Shown in pieces: positions 47,330 to 61,570 of a stretch of DNA of 64,000 bases (position 1 is its first letter; the number at the start of each line of letters is the position of its first letter). Below the pieces are notes generated by a model, which did no database searches, had not been told where the DNA came from, and saw only the letters and a list, made by a program, of their open reading frames with translations. A program made the translations under genes and the position numbers. The DNA is from Tubulanus polymorphus (lineage: Eukaryota > Animalia > Nemertea), in the NCBI RefSeq assembly GCF_964204645.1, contig NC_134031.1, positions 12,588,088 to 12,652,087 of the forward strand, read 5' to 3'.

Positions 47330-50300
47330 ATACAGTTCATAAACTGTATTTACTCATTAGAAAATGAGGTTTTTAATGTTATCGCTTTTATGGTTATTCA
47401 GGCAGATTTGTTTCTAGGGGAGTTGTGTGCTGGTGCAAATGTAGTAAATGTTTCGATTATCAGAGTCTCCTATTTGGATGGGTTTTGTAATGTTATAATA
47501 TGATAATGTCACAAGTTGGTAATAGGTTTATGTTGTTTAATTCTGTCCACTTGTACACATTTGAATTTCGATGTTGTTTGCTTATCATGACACATGTGTA
47601 GGAGGTTATGGTACTGGGTTGTGTAAATGTGTATGGGAGGTTATAATATTTCGTTCTGTAGAGTCTCCTCTGCGAATATATGTCAGAGGGTGACGCGTAT
47701 TAATGAAGCAGGGTGTTGTGTAGTGGTGTGTATGTAGTGTATGTTTTGATTTCGATATGTGGAAACATCTATGTGGATGTATATAGGAGGGTCAGGTGTG
47801 TTACAATAGTGGGGTTTTGTATATACAGGCATGTGTAGTTATGATTTTAATTTTATGTGACCTTTATGTGAATTCATTTATGAGTGACAGGGTTTATATT
47901 TTAGTGTTTTTGAAGATTGTGTGACAATAGTAAATGGGTAAATTGATGTACCTAGTTTCTAGGGAATGAAACAGTGTGTATTTGGAATTGATATGTTGTT
48001 AAGTAACAGTGGTATAAGCTGGGGAAAGTATGTAGATAGTTGTAATGGGGCATGAATGATATTTGACATTGTGATTGATATGTAGCAATGTAACAGTAAG
48101 ATATGGTGGTGGATGTATATATCTAGCTGTCATGGGGATGAAGCAGTCACTGTGTGGAATGGATGTGTTGGAATGTAACAGCTATGTACAGTGTACAAAA
48201 TGAGTATTATTTCATGCTGGGGGATATTGATGCGTTGTTGCCATAGGTTTTGATGTGATAACACTGTACATATATTACCACCATTAATATTACTAAACAC
48301 ATATGTACAGTCTTATGAATGATTATGTATGGAACTGTATGAAGGATTGTATTGAATATATAGGAAATGGTAATTGATCATGTAGCAATCATTTGTGGCG
48401 ATGTATGTATTTTGTATTGTGCAGTGAGATAGTATTCAGAAATGTTTGTAATCAATGTTGTGGGATGAAATATAAATAAAAGGTGGATGGTATGATGATA
48501 TGTGTTGTGTATAATTATTGTTTCCAAATTTGGTGCTTATCCCCATATGCTTGGCCAAGTTCTGATGTCATTTACTACATTGTCCCTGGCAAGGATTTGA
48601 GCTTGATGGCATGGCGACTGCCACAGTACAATGGGGTTCCTGCAGTGCTGCTGTGGCAATTGAGGATTCCACTCATAGCTAGTGACAACCCGCCAGGTTG
48701 CTAGTAAGTAGTTCGTCATTCGCCAGTGCGACATATGAAAGTTAGGCAGAAACCCGTTATCGCTGCTATGCAGCTATATTTATTATTATTATTTTCTTCC
48801 ACACTATTTTTACCAAAAGAACATAGGCTTTGTTACCTTACCGCTGTTTCATATATAATCCATATAATATCGTTCAGCTCACTGAGATCTACAAATAGCC
48901 CGCGTGTTTTTTCACGAATCATCGTTACAAAAGCGCTGTCGGGCCGTAAACATCGAAAATTTAACCCCATTCAATGGGGCGACATGTTTTTCGAGTCGTC
49001 ATCCCGAAATCAACCCGCAGGCCGACTGTCACTTCGATTATCAATTCAAGTATAAATGATCTAATTTATTGCCGCAGACTTCACATTCAGTCGCGGTCTT
49101 CAAACAGTGATTTTAACAATAGCCCATTTTCCCGGTTCCTGAACTTCGCTGAAAAAGCTGAAACACTGAAAAGCTGAAATAAAAACGCTGAAATTTCAGG
49201 GAATTTCCGAAAAACGCCGAAATTTCAGGGAATTCCCGAAAAACGCTGAAATCGTGCTAGGTACCGACAATACACGTTTTGAAATGTTTTCCGGGCCGGT
49301 ATCCGCTGACGAGTCCTGAACCGTGTTTTATGCTCTACCTTCGGTTACAGAGACATGCCTTAAGGTCGTCGTCATGATCGACTTGATCGAGCAAAAACCG
49401 TAAAGTTTCCCAAGTCTCTGTTTATAACGCTGTAGCGGAAATTCGTTTCACTTCGTTCTGTTCTTTTTATTTTCCAGCTGCAGAGTCCTCCCCAGCTCAG
49501 TCTAAAATTCATATTAAATTCCTATTAAAAGTTTGTATGATGTAAAATAAAACCTTATAATGTATTTGTAACTCTGAGACAAGAATGTTTAATGCTTTGG
49601 ACTTCGGTCTGGTGGATTAGAAACTATTTTTATTTCTATCTTAATGAAATATTGTATGATTTAATCTAAATTCAAAAACTGTACCTAAAGACCTTTTCTA
49701 TGTGTTCGGGTCACTCCCGGTTTGTATTTTTCGAGTTAATGTGCCTAAATCGATGTTCCCGTGCTTAAATCGATATTTTTATGCTGTGCTCTGTGCCCGA
49801 GATGGCGCCACTATACGGTTCTTAATTATATTGTGTGCTCGGGGTGCTTTGTTTTAACCAATTAGATAGGGTTACGTCATAATCTGGGCTCTATAAAAGG
49901 CAAAAATGTGCTTTATTAATTGGTCTCGGTGCACATTCTTAGGTGTGTATTACTAAGATTTTGAACTATGGGGGGAGGGATTAATCTAATTTTCTTAGTA
50001 AGTCATACTTAGCACTGATTCTCTTTAAGTATTTCTTGGTCCTTATTCTCAAAGTTGTTTTTCTTCCAAGATGTTTTCGGAAAACAATCTTTCAGGGTTC
50101 AAGGAGGTTTTCTCCTTCGAATTATTCCCCGAAAGTATTCTTCTTTCCGATTTCCTCTCTTGGTTTTTCCCTCAACTTTTGAGTTTTCGGAGTAGTGACC
50201 ATCTCTTACATAAACATAATAGGAAGAATGATTGAATAAATACTTAACTGGAACTATGATTAAATATAGCGAAAATTCTTATCTTTATTAAGAGCACTTA

Positions 50301-52484
50301 GAGTTACATCTTCTTAAGCGTAAAACGAGCGCAGGGTTTAAGTAACTATTGTTGAGTCGTAATGTTAGAATATCTGAAATCTTTATTCCTAATACTATTG
50401 AATTCTGGTGCGAGTCGTGCACTTGTATTAAGGGCAATATGCCCTTGTTAATCTCCTCCTTTGGTGGCCGGTTGGCCATCTTATCTACCTTAAATGTTGT
50501 AAATAAGAGATAACCTCGAGGTTGTGTATATATTGTTCATTGTTCGAATATTTCCAAGAAATAATAAATAGTATTCAAGAGAATATTATCATATACATAA
50601 AATTCTAAATCTTTGCCTTTTTCCCTAAACTATTTTTGTGGTGTCGGATTTACTATCAATTGAGGAAAGGATTTTCTTGTGCATTTTTGGGATTCTGTGA
50701 CACCATAAAATATTCTTGAAGAATCTTGTGGGTTGGAGAGTTTAGGGCATCATGTAAGTCTTCAAAAAGGGGAAGCATTGAGGGCACCCTCTAGTGGGAG
50801 AGGCCAAATATTGGTGAATGCTCCTCGTTTTATTTAGTTGGTATCTATTATTCTTTTTGAAGCTAAACGCCTGATCAGGTCGGCTGTGGAGGCCGGAAAT
50901 ACTTGTAGCGCTGGACGCAGTCCTGTATTTCCTCCTCAGTCGGAAAGAAAGCTAGGGGATTTTTATTTTATTTGACTCATTCATGATTCTTCTATTAATT
51001 CTTTTGGTCACAGTTTTTCATACATGCACACGCCTTTTTCATGGGTGATTTGTGAGGACATTCAGTCACCCGTGTTACAATTATGACTTATCACTGAGAA
51101 TTAGGACTCCTTTAAGTATTCTCACTCACCAGAGGAAGACTTGACATATTTTTGCGCGTTAAATCTCATGGAGGAAAACAAGAGAATTTTCCCCTTCTAG
51201 CTTCTCTACCTCCCAGATGCTATTGACGTGAGCGAACCCTAGAAGCGACGCCTATATGCAACTTTTTCCTTAAATGTATAGGATTATAGAAAGAGAGAGA
51301 GAGAGTTACCTGTATTCCCTCTTGGTCGAGGAAATTCCGTGAGTTGAGACCTTAGACTTGACATTATGAATTTTAACAGAAACGGAAGTAGATTTTTGTA
51401 GTCACTTGCCAGAGCACGCTACCCCGAACCCCGGTATTCCGCTTCAACGCATGCGCATTAGGAAGTGTTGGGGAAATCCTCTAAGTCCAGAAATCGGTCG
51501 CGTGCGCATGCGTCGCTACATGTGTATTTTTTCCTAAACTGGGTCATGTCAGAACGCTGAAACATAGAACTAATATGTCAAAGTCGAAACTTGGTGAAGC
51601 GCATAGCCAGTCTTAAGTTTTAATGAATAAATAGAGGCGAGTGCCCTGTCGGCAACTTATATAGAACATTGTAAAAAAATAGGTTTTGCGGGGGCACCTG
51701 TGTTCGACGTGGTCCGTGGCCAAAGAAAATCACCCAAAATGTCGAAGATCTATTCGAGCGAAGATTCGCCGTGATCAAATACATGTATAGAAAAGGAATT
51801 CATTTTTGCGAAAAAAACATGCTTTGGGAGTGTTGATTACAAATTGAAAGCCTTGTTTGTTTTACGACAATAAATCTTCCTGTATCGTCAGATATGTTCT
51901 ACGAACGGCTTTAACAGTTTTATATGTTTTACACAAGAAATTTGAAGATTAAAAAAGAAAAAAATCATTTTTTGCGAAAAACAACGTAGGAGTTTGGGAA
52001 TGTTGATTACGTATTGAGAGCCTATGGTTTTATCGATTATACGAAAATAAATTTTTCTAGTTTAAAAATGTCAGATTTCTACATTAAATCTCATGGCTTC
52101 AAAAGTTTGATATGTTTTACACTAAAGATTTGTTCCTAAGTATTACAACGGGTTGCATGGGTACGGAATTAATGGAACAACGGTATTTTAAATACGGTAC
52201 GGATTATAGCGAATTTTACTCGAAACGGAAAAGGGGAATAACGTTTGAAAAACGGGAGTAAAAAACACATAAAGATACAATATGTTAAAAAACGCACGGC
52301 ATTTTACTCCCAGGGATTGGCAAAATTCTGAGTTAATTATTCAGTACTTGTGTGGAGCGGGACGGTCATTTTGTAACACGCGGACCGCGCGCGCGTTATT
52401 CTCCGGGACTCGACCCTTAGTGATGCTGTGAAACCGGCGCTCTTGTTATTCTAAAAAAATTCGACCCGTTGCTAAGGGACTGTG

Positions 52485-55400
52485 CATTATGAGAATGCCG
52501 GTTTGCTAGCGTATCTATTTAACACCCGTATTGCTCGGGTGACTTTTACTACCAACGGGTGGCGCTGTGTGTAAATTTCACATAAATCAACGACTTTCGG
52601 CTATTAGCGGTACTTAAGACCACTTGAAAACATCATAGTCAATTACGGTAGTAGTGAACATAAAAAGTTACAGTTCGGTGTACAGCACCATAGCACCCAT
52701 ATAATACCACATACATTTTATTCAGACTAAGGACTTAGTTAACACTGATCTTCATTTCCATCAATTAATGATCTGTTGAATTAATTAGTAATTCAGTCTT
52801 TCGGTGGTTCGAGATAAAATGCCCGCAAAATAAGAACTAACGAACCAGGGCTGACCACAAATTGCCCAACAGATAAATTTTCCGAAACGACACAATAATG
52901 TTTAGTATCAAATAACTCGTGGCGTGGACCTTGGTCTATCAACTGACCAATGCATGACCAGTACTGGCTATATAGTAAATTATCTGTTTTGCAAACAATT
53001 AAGTTATTTGGTGTCAAATAACTAGATATAATGTGGACATTAAACTAAAAATTGTTTAACTGACCAATGCTTGACCAGTACTGACCAGTTACCACTAACA
53101 AGAACCCACCATATGTAATTTATATGTTTAGTAAAGCAATAAAATCGTGTTTGGGCGTCGAGCTACTAGATACGGTGCGGGCTATGATCTAACAACTATT
53201 TAACTGACCAATATTTTACCAATACTGACCTAAAAGTAATTTGTTTATTCTAGAAGCAACACAGTCGTGTTTGGTGTCTAATAATTAGAAATGGTGTGGG
53301 CTTTCATCTAACAACTATTCAAGTGACCAAATCTTGACCAATACTGACCACATAGCTATATTTATCTGTTTCGGACACAACTTAGTCGTGTCTCGTATCA
53401 AATAATTTCATTCGGGATGAACGTAAATATAACAACTCTTTTACCTGTACAAGCTACACCAGTACTGTCTAATTACCGGTTAAATGTTTTTTAGAAATAA
53501 CACGGGGTATTGCCTGAATCCTTCGTCAGTACTACTCTTATTAAATGTGTCGTTTTAAAAGTCTTGTCCAATTTTTATTGTAGGAAGCGAGCTAACTTTG
53601 AAATTTCCCACTAAATGCAAAAGATTTTCACATCGGGTTTTGAACGAACAACGTTTCGATTTGTAATTGTAACGTGCGCATTTTAGCCTGTAACGTGCAC
53701 ATTTCACTAGTGTGAACGTGCGTATCGGTACCATTATGCGAAACTTGTCAAACTTTTGCGTTCAAGAAGTTTAAACTGAACACTAAAGGAGATATTATAT
53801 CATATCATATCATATCATATCATATCATATCATATAGGCCTATATGAATAATGAATAGATGGAAGATAATGTAGTAGTTTTGAATGTTTCGTAACTGCTG
53901 TCCACTGACCGCAGATCATCAAAGTTAATCGCCTCATATGAAATATATATTCGTTATAAGGGATGTAGTAGTTCAGTGAGAATTCAAACTTATGGGTAAT
54001 TTTAAGTGATCACAACGCTGACCAATAGAGAAAGCTGTATCACAACAAAAGTGCGACTTACGTATCTTATTGAAACATTGTAAAATACCGGAGAGTAAAT
54101 GGGAGAACCCTGAATTCGAAAAAATTCCACACTCGGATCGTTTACTTTGAAAACACAATTTGCAATTTGTGGACATCCATTATTTCTGCACCAAAAGCAT
54201 GAAGTATATTATCTTTGCTCGTAAAAATTTGAAATTTTGAGGAAGATTTTTGGCCTCGTTAACCTGTGAACACGTCCTTCATATATTTTCTAAGACCGAT
54301 CTTGATATAATGCTGAGAGTTTAGAGAAAATTATGGTAGGATGTAAACTTAGGCTGCTTCGTATCCGTGGAGGGTTGCTAATTATTGATCTTATACACAA
54401 TAATCATAAGTACGTAACACGAGACTCCATAGAATATCGTTTTTCAATCATACGTACACAAATTATTGCGATATAAAGATAAATAGTACTTTAATATACT
54501 TTTTACTTCTTTTACTGAATATTTCTTTAGTAGTATTAATAAAGAGTGGATCAGCAGGCTACCTGAGCCCATTCTACGATTTGAGGTCAGTTGCCAAAAG
54601 TTAGTAAGTTTACATACCAGTGGATAGTTAACATTTAAAATGACAATTAAAACTTCATTGCTAAAAATAACTTTGTATTCGTAGAATAGTCACACTCAAA
54701 TGCGGAGAATTGATAATACCATAATACGATACGAAAATTCAATGTGTACAAATTCAAAAAGATGATCTCTAGTGAACGATCGAACGTTGTGTCGTTATTT
54801 TCTAATGATAAAACTTGGTTTGAGATTTGAAATGTGTACATATAGGATCTTTTTCATATTAACAGTGTATTTGGTCATGTATCATATTGTATAATGGTTA
54901 ATTTAAACTAACTGGTTTTAGAGTTGTATCCTTAAATCCTGTAATAGAGGATGCAATCTTTTTGCGGCAAACAGTACAAATAGCTAGAAAAAGCAACGAT
55001 AGTGCATTGGTAAACTTAAAGCAAGCGTACATTGGTTGTTTAGGTTTTTCGTTGGGAAAATTAATGTTTAATCATTATTGAAATATCCGAGGCGAGCTTT
55101 TCCAGGAATTTATAAAGTTGAGCTTTACACAAGGAATTTTTTGTAGTCCGATATCCGTGATTACCTCTGGCTTGGAGAGATACAATCTAAAACCAACCGT
55201 CGAGTCAAATATTTTACCACAATTTTCTATGATTAGTAAAAAGATTAAGTAATAGACATAGGCATGCAAACAGTAATATCTGAAGTCCACTCCATTTCAA
55301 ACTCATTCATCTTTACACAAACTCCAACTTGTTGAACAGTTCAAAATCGCGTGGCTTGAATTTTTACGATAGCTAAAATCAGGGACCACGATACTTGCTC

Positions 55401-57623
55401 ATCTACACTGGCTTCCAATTTAACAAAGGATTGAATTTGAGTGTTTGATGTTGTAACAATAGGCCTACCATACTGAATTATGGATTCGGTTTCTACTTTT
55501 TGATTGAACATTTATATCACATATTGGGTCATTTCATTTTTACCAGTATAGACCTAATTGGAAGAACCTATCCGTATATCATGTTTAATTTTATATAATC
55601 TGACTTTTGAGATGTCATTCAATCAATGCATTCATATGCGGTCGTCGCTTTCAATAGCCACCACGGACTGACTCCTTAGCGATACCTTGGCGGACGATCC
55701 CACACGTTTCTTGCTCCAGCCCTAGAATGCTCAATTATAAGGCGCTTTTACGAAATTGAATCTGATTCGGTTTAGCTAAATCCGATTCGATGTTGGAAAA
55801 CGTAAGGATTAGTAAATCGAATCGTTTTTCGTAAATGAGTCGAATCAATTTATCAATCTAAAGGTCGCGATTCGAAAGAAAATGGGCGTCAATGGTGACC
55901 GAATTATTGATAGATGATGGTCTGCAATAGATGTCTTTAGCCCGCGGTCGAAGAGGACGCCATGTTGGATTTCACTGACTAAAGCGCCACTAACTTGCTC
56001 GCCGAGCAAGTTAGTCGATTTAATAAATCAATTTACTAAACCGCGTCCATAAACGAGTTGATTTACCAAATCGGATTCACTAAACCGCGTGCCGTAAACG
56101 TGAAACTTAAATCGATTTACAAAGATTCAGTTTCGTAAAAGCGCCTATAGTCGTCATGAACACCCGATTTGAATTCAAATTCAAAAGACTCCTAAAAACG
56201 CACCTGTTTACTCGATTACTGTAAAGCGCCTTTGAGCATTTATATGCAAGAATCAGTGAAATTGGCGCTTTATCAGTTGTATTCATCATTCAAACCATTA
56301 TTCTCCTTATCCTATGAATTTGGAGACCCATCCTCGCATGAGAATGAATATAATGTGATTTCAATTAAAGATGACACATGGCCTCATATCATTACGTTAT
56401 GTTTTTTAACGGGTGGGCGAGATTATATTCTTATGTTTTTGTTTCTCTGAATGTCGCTATTTAAGAGTTCAATAATAATTTCAGTCAACCAAACAAAGGA
56501 TTTTTCTGTATGTTTCGTGTCCTGTTTTTCCATAACCCTTGGACTGCATTTTAGGTATTTTTCGTGGATGACCGAACGCTGCTGTCCCTTTCTAGTAATT
56601 TGATGATATCTGTCGAAATCTAAATTTTAAAAAGGAATCAGGCATATCTCCTTGTTTGACTAAGTGAGAACTCAACTTTAAGGGACACTCCCTTAAAGGC
56701 GCCGAAGTAAAATCATGTGTCGAGTGGAGATGATATTGTGTCAGAATTTCTTCAAAAGCGGAGAAAATTGAATATTTTGAAAATAATGATTTCACATGTA
56801 TGTTTGAATCCGTTATAACTGGAGCAATTTTCATAAAAACATATCTATGGAATCAACGAAATGTAATTAAGAAGAATACTATGTTTAAGATGTTATCAAA
56901 GGCATTTGAAAAAAGTTTTCTGATTTCGTCAACTGTGAAACTAGTGTCAACCAGATGTGTTCCCATTAAACGAACCGACTGCGAGCCGAGTCGATGCGAG
57001 ATGTGACCTACACTGAAAATCTCAAGCGCTACCACTGGTTTTTAGGTGCTTCTGAATGTCGGCCGTTAAAAAACTAAACAATTGCCATTTGGAAAGGGCC
57101 TAGTTAGAGAAAATGCTAGATGTGTATATTGTGTGATATTTCATGTGCGTTTGGAATTTAACCTTGTTTATAACGAAACACACATGTTCTTTTCTATTTT
57201 AGAAGAGCGCATAATAGTGCAATAAAAAACTGACAATGAAAAAGGGGTAACAGGTGACTGATATCACACCGAATTTCAATTCCTATGAACACTTTTCATA
57301 TAGTGAATTCTGTACAAGAGTTAAAAAAAACTTGAAATATTAACGAAACAGTTTTTTGACGGACAAATCGTTACCATCGAATTTTCAAAACTTTTTTAAT
57401 GCCTTGGTGACCACTGGTCTAGTACGCGGTTTTCTGAAACAAAAGTGGCCAAGTTTAAAGAACGACAAATGATTACAAATATTAGGAGCCTAATGCGTTT
57501 AATGATTTAATTAATTGGCATCGCGCTGATTGGTTGAAAGACGGTTGTTAGTCATCTTGCCTGTGATTTAATTGTTTTTTTAAGCATCGATTAACCATAG
57601 ATTTAATCTTATCATAACTTATT
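52485..57623. repeat. Copy B of the ~5.5-kb direct repeat
   Basis: Colinear with 13198-18868, with independent indels. Confidence 0.9.
55741..56145. mobile_element. MITE inserted only in copy B
   Basis: TIRs GGCGCTTTTACGAAA / TTTCGTAAAAGCGCC; absent at the corresponding site of copy A (~16128). Confidence 0.8.
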
Positions 57624-57904
57624 TGCAGGTGCTTCTCGCAAACATTTTCTATTCGTTTTCAAACGCAGTACTGTTCAGATGATTCACGTCAAGCTTTGAG
57701 TCAAGTAGTAAAAAGGTTTATGTATTAGCATTACTATGCAGTCAAAATTACGCACTGCGGCAAGTGAGGTGCTGTGATCCAGATGTGTAACCTATTTAGG
57801 AGTAATATATTTCCATCATGTCAACGCCATTCAGAAACAGTAGCAAAACATACTGCTGGTCTCTAGAAATAACAATACGACGACAACCACTTTCGAATTC
57901 GACG

Positions 57905-58770
57905 ATATTCGAGAAGTTTCACTTGGGCAGTGGTGGTCAGTGATGGTCAATTCATGAATTCTTATGGGGAATGCTTTCTAGTTTCACACCAAATGCGGTA
58001 CCGGTATATCTTTCTTACATTCGAGAAGTTTCAATTGGTCAGTGGTGGTCAGTGATGGTCAATTCATGAATTTTCAATGGCGAATCCTTTCTAGTTTGAC
58101 ACCATAACGCGGTATATCGTTCTCATATTCGAGAAGTTTGAATTGGTCAGTGGTGGTCAGTGATGGTCAATTTATGAATTCTCAATATTTATGGCGAAAC
58201 CTTTCTAGTTTGACACCATAACGCGGTATATCGTTCTCGTATTCGAGAAGTTTGAATTGGTCAGTGGTGGTCAGTGATGGTCAATTTATGAATTCTCAAT
58301 ATCTATGGCGAATCCTTTCTAGTTTGACACCATAACGCGGTATATCGAACTCATATTCGAGAAGTTTGAATTGGTCAGTGGTGGTCAGTGATGGTCAATT
58401 TATGAATTTGCAATGATGATACCTGGGTAGTTTGAAAACAAACATGACTTGATAAATTTCCGAAATTCGCAGTCAGGTGTTCAGACTCGGGAATATCTCA
58501 ATTGGTCAGTTTCTGACCATCATGGTGTCACCATGTGGTCTATAGCTCAAATGAAACACGTGGGACCGACGAAAGGGCCCAAAAGCGTAAGTCATTTCCT
58601 GAGTGATGTGATCCAAAAATGCCCTAACTGGAAAAGGCAGTCTTTCAATTGGACGAAACCAAATCGGACAGAACAATTAAAATTTGGGAAGGCCACAGGC
58701 AGTGGTCTTTCTACGAAGCCCACGCGGTAGGCCTATACTTTGAGCGTATCATTATGAAATCTTTTTTTAA
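57905..58770. repeat. Inverted-repeat arm with five ~110-bp tandem subrepeats (inverse of 12560-13160)
   Basis: ATTCGAGAAGTTTGAATTGGTCAGTGGTGGTCAGTGATGGTC units. Confidence 0.85.
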
Positions 58771-59291
58771 ACCACCATGTACCACTTAAGTAATAAGCAT
58801 CGTTGTAAGCACTTGAAACACCCATTAACCACTTGAAACTGTCAGATCAAACATCATACCGCATCCCCGCAAAGAGGGGTAGTTCAGCAAACCGGAGACT
58901 ACCCCGCCAGTACGGGTAGCCGAGCAAACCGGAAAACTCATAATGGCTTTTTGTGGGATTCGAATCCAGTCTTCCAATCGGTTTCTACAGAGAAATACGA
59001 ACTAAAAATGACATTTCTTTGACAATATTTCGTGAATATTCTTTGTAAATATTCTGAAAATTACACAAAATCGTTTTGTTATCCTTCATTCACGTATTTA
59101 AACTACCCGCGCGACGCGGCCCGCAAGTTTCGACGAAAGTCGTCCGTGACCGTCATTTTCGTCGCCGCGATTTAGCCAATGCCCATGTGTCCCGGATGTA
59201 AACTACACTTTTTGAGAAGGACGGTATGGAGAAATATAGAAAATTTGAATTTGCCTCATACGCGCGATTAACTTAAGGAGCTGTTGATAAA

Positions 59292-59999
59292 TTCCGGGTT
59301 GTTGATAAACTCGCGAGAATGGCGCTAAATATGAACTGCGAATAAATTCAAAATATCACGGAAATACCTTGTGTTTATATTGTTTATTTATCCGCTATAA
59401 AGTTCCGATAAACAATTGGTCGTTAAGGATCATCATCAGCAGACGGTCGTGACGCTCTATATTAAATCACAAGGGATGAAACGCCTTCAGAGTTGTGCCA
59501 GCCAGAAAGTTGGGACAGTCACGTGACATTCTGATGACGTCATCGCATTTAAAACTTAAACATGAAAAGTTAACATATTCACAGACCGATATCAATTGTC
59601 AGATTATGATTCATATGAAATTAATAACTTATAAAGAATTATGATGAAATGTATAATTCATAGTCAAAAAATGCATTTGAATGTAAGTTATTCTCAAATA
59701 TTTTTCGTATCATAGTTTCCATCTTAGATGCTTCAGGTTCGCGTTCAGTCAAATAAGAAGCTTGAAGTCACGTGACTGTCCCAACTTTCTGGCTGGCACG
59801 ACTTGAACTGCGTTTCATCCCTTGTGATTTTATATAGAGCGTGACGCACGTCTGATAATGATTCTTAACGACCAACTGTTTATCAAAACTGTATAGCGGA
59901 TAAATAAACAATATAAACACAAGGTATTTCTGTGATATTTTGAATTTATACGCAGTTCATATTTAGCGCCATTCTCGCGAGTTTATCAACAACCCGGAA
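59292..59999. mobile_element. Foldback element with ~230-bp arms
   Basis: TTCCGGGTTGTTGATAAACTCGCGAGAATGGCGC ... GCGCCATTCTCGCGAGTTTATCAACAACCCGGAA. Confidence 0.8.
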
Positions 60000-61079
60000 A
60001 TAAAATCCAAGCCCATCGCCAAACCCCTGTGCTGAATACCAGACGTTGTTACGCCTATACCAGGCCCAGGATCTACCATTTCGTAGTCTACTAATCTATC
60101 TAGCCCACAGGGGCTCGTATCAGAGTTGTAGGTAATGTAAAAACGATAATCTGTTAATCCAAAGTATATAGTATATATAAAATAACAAGGGGGCTAACGA
60201 CGCTCACAAACAACTCAACTTCAGTCGAGAATAAGGCAGATCATGAGAAATATTGGCACCAATAAAATGTGGAGCTCATGGAGTTTGTACGTAAAGAAAG
60301 GAAAATTTGCATTTGTAGATACTGATGTATGCAAAATCATATTTAGTAAGTCCTCTCAAAGTCATCTTTAATTTTTCATAGGAAGAAAAACAATTGTGAT
60401 TTCACTTGGAAATCAAGATTTTCCATTCGTGAAAATCACTTATTCAGAAACACCTTTTCGCACGATTATGTGTTTATCACTTACTAACCACTGCACATGC
60501 ATATAATGTCATTACTCTCACGATTTCAGTTCATTATAACAATTCTTGCGAATCAGCCATTGTTGTTTGGTTCTAATTATCGATGAGTTGCTCCTGATTA
60601 AATATTATGTATTTTATTGTGATAAGTTTGCAGTCATGTAAAAAATAAATATCGTGCATCTACACGGATGAAAAGCCGCCTCCGTTGGGGCCTCTCGCGA
60701 GTAAACGGCTCCGATAAAGGCGGCTTTTTGGAAATTCTTTTCTTGTGTAGATTGAAAATAAAGGATTTTCCTCTCGTGTAGATGGGCCTTAAAACACTTC
60801 ATTTAAGTACTTAGAATGCTGAGGGTAACTAAAACAGTCAGGAGCCCCTGTAGTGAATATTCATAACTGCAACGTCAAAGCCCTTGGGCTTCTTGTTTAG
60901 TATACAAAATAAATCAGTCATGAATGTACATACTTTTCAAAGGAGCAGGATGTACCTTTCGCTCGTTAACCTATGATAGTACAGATAGGCTATCTGTACT
61001 AATCACTTCTCTTACTAGATGAAATCCATAATCAAAGTTATCTTTTGGAATTTGGTATGAATAGATATTGCTAGCCTTT

Positions 61080-61245
61080 TTGTTACCAAAATCAATTGCA
61101 AAATTGTAGCTCATGACATGTGGTGAGTTTCAATTTCATTGGTTTCAGTATATATTCACCAGGGGGCGTTGAATATTGAAATTTTCTGATTGTTGAGCAT
61201 TTCAAACACTTCCCAAGCGGGTATGGTGTCCCTGAACCCCTAGTC
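61080..61245 (-). repeat. Inverted fragment of the HINE-like repeat seen in DDX39 introns
   Basis: CACCAGGGGGCGTTGAATATTGAAAT is the reverse complement of the repeat unit. Confidence 0.75.
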
Positions 61246-61442
61246 TAGAAGGTCCTGAGATCTGATTTTTTCAACAGACGTGTAATTAGTGTTAATAGGA
61301 AGATTTTATGAAGAACGTGTTATTATTTATTTTTTTTTAATTCTTTGGTAGATTTTCAATGTTGGCATCAAATAAGTTTAATTAAAAGTTTTATCAAGTA
61401 CAAGCCTGTTCCATTACTAGTATGCCATCAACCCAGTGACCA

Positions 61443-61570
61443 GGGGCCAGTTGCACAGTCATTGCTTATATTTAAGACCAATTTAGTTCTATAGCCAATC
61501 TAACAACTTAAGACTAGTCTTAAGATATAAGACCACTTGTGGACTTGAGTCACGACTGTGCAACTGGCCC
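61443..61570. mobile_element. Short MITE
   Basis: GGGCCAGTTGCACAGTC ... GACTGTGCAACTGGCCC. Confidence 0.7.

Larger units (their letters stand above)
22151..48781 (+). mobile_element. Helentron/Helitron2-like element (no Rep/helicase seen), interrupted by the Maverick
   Basis: 5' hairpin AGGGTTTCTGC-TGCTTTC-GCAGAAACCCT followed by (ATT)n; 3' GCAGAAACCC (48746) plus stem-loop GCTGC-TAT-GCAGC and T-rich end; OTU-containing gene inside; 23546-23640 is an inverted homologue of 48627-48716. Confidence 0.65.

Noticed and set aside
47350-48480. Strongly G/T-skewed tract
   Set aside because: No ORF or clear periodicity; probably low-complexity Helentron interior
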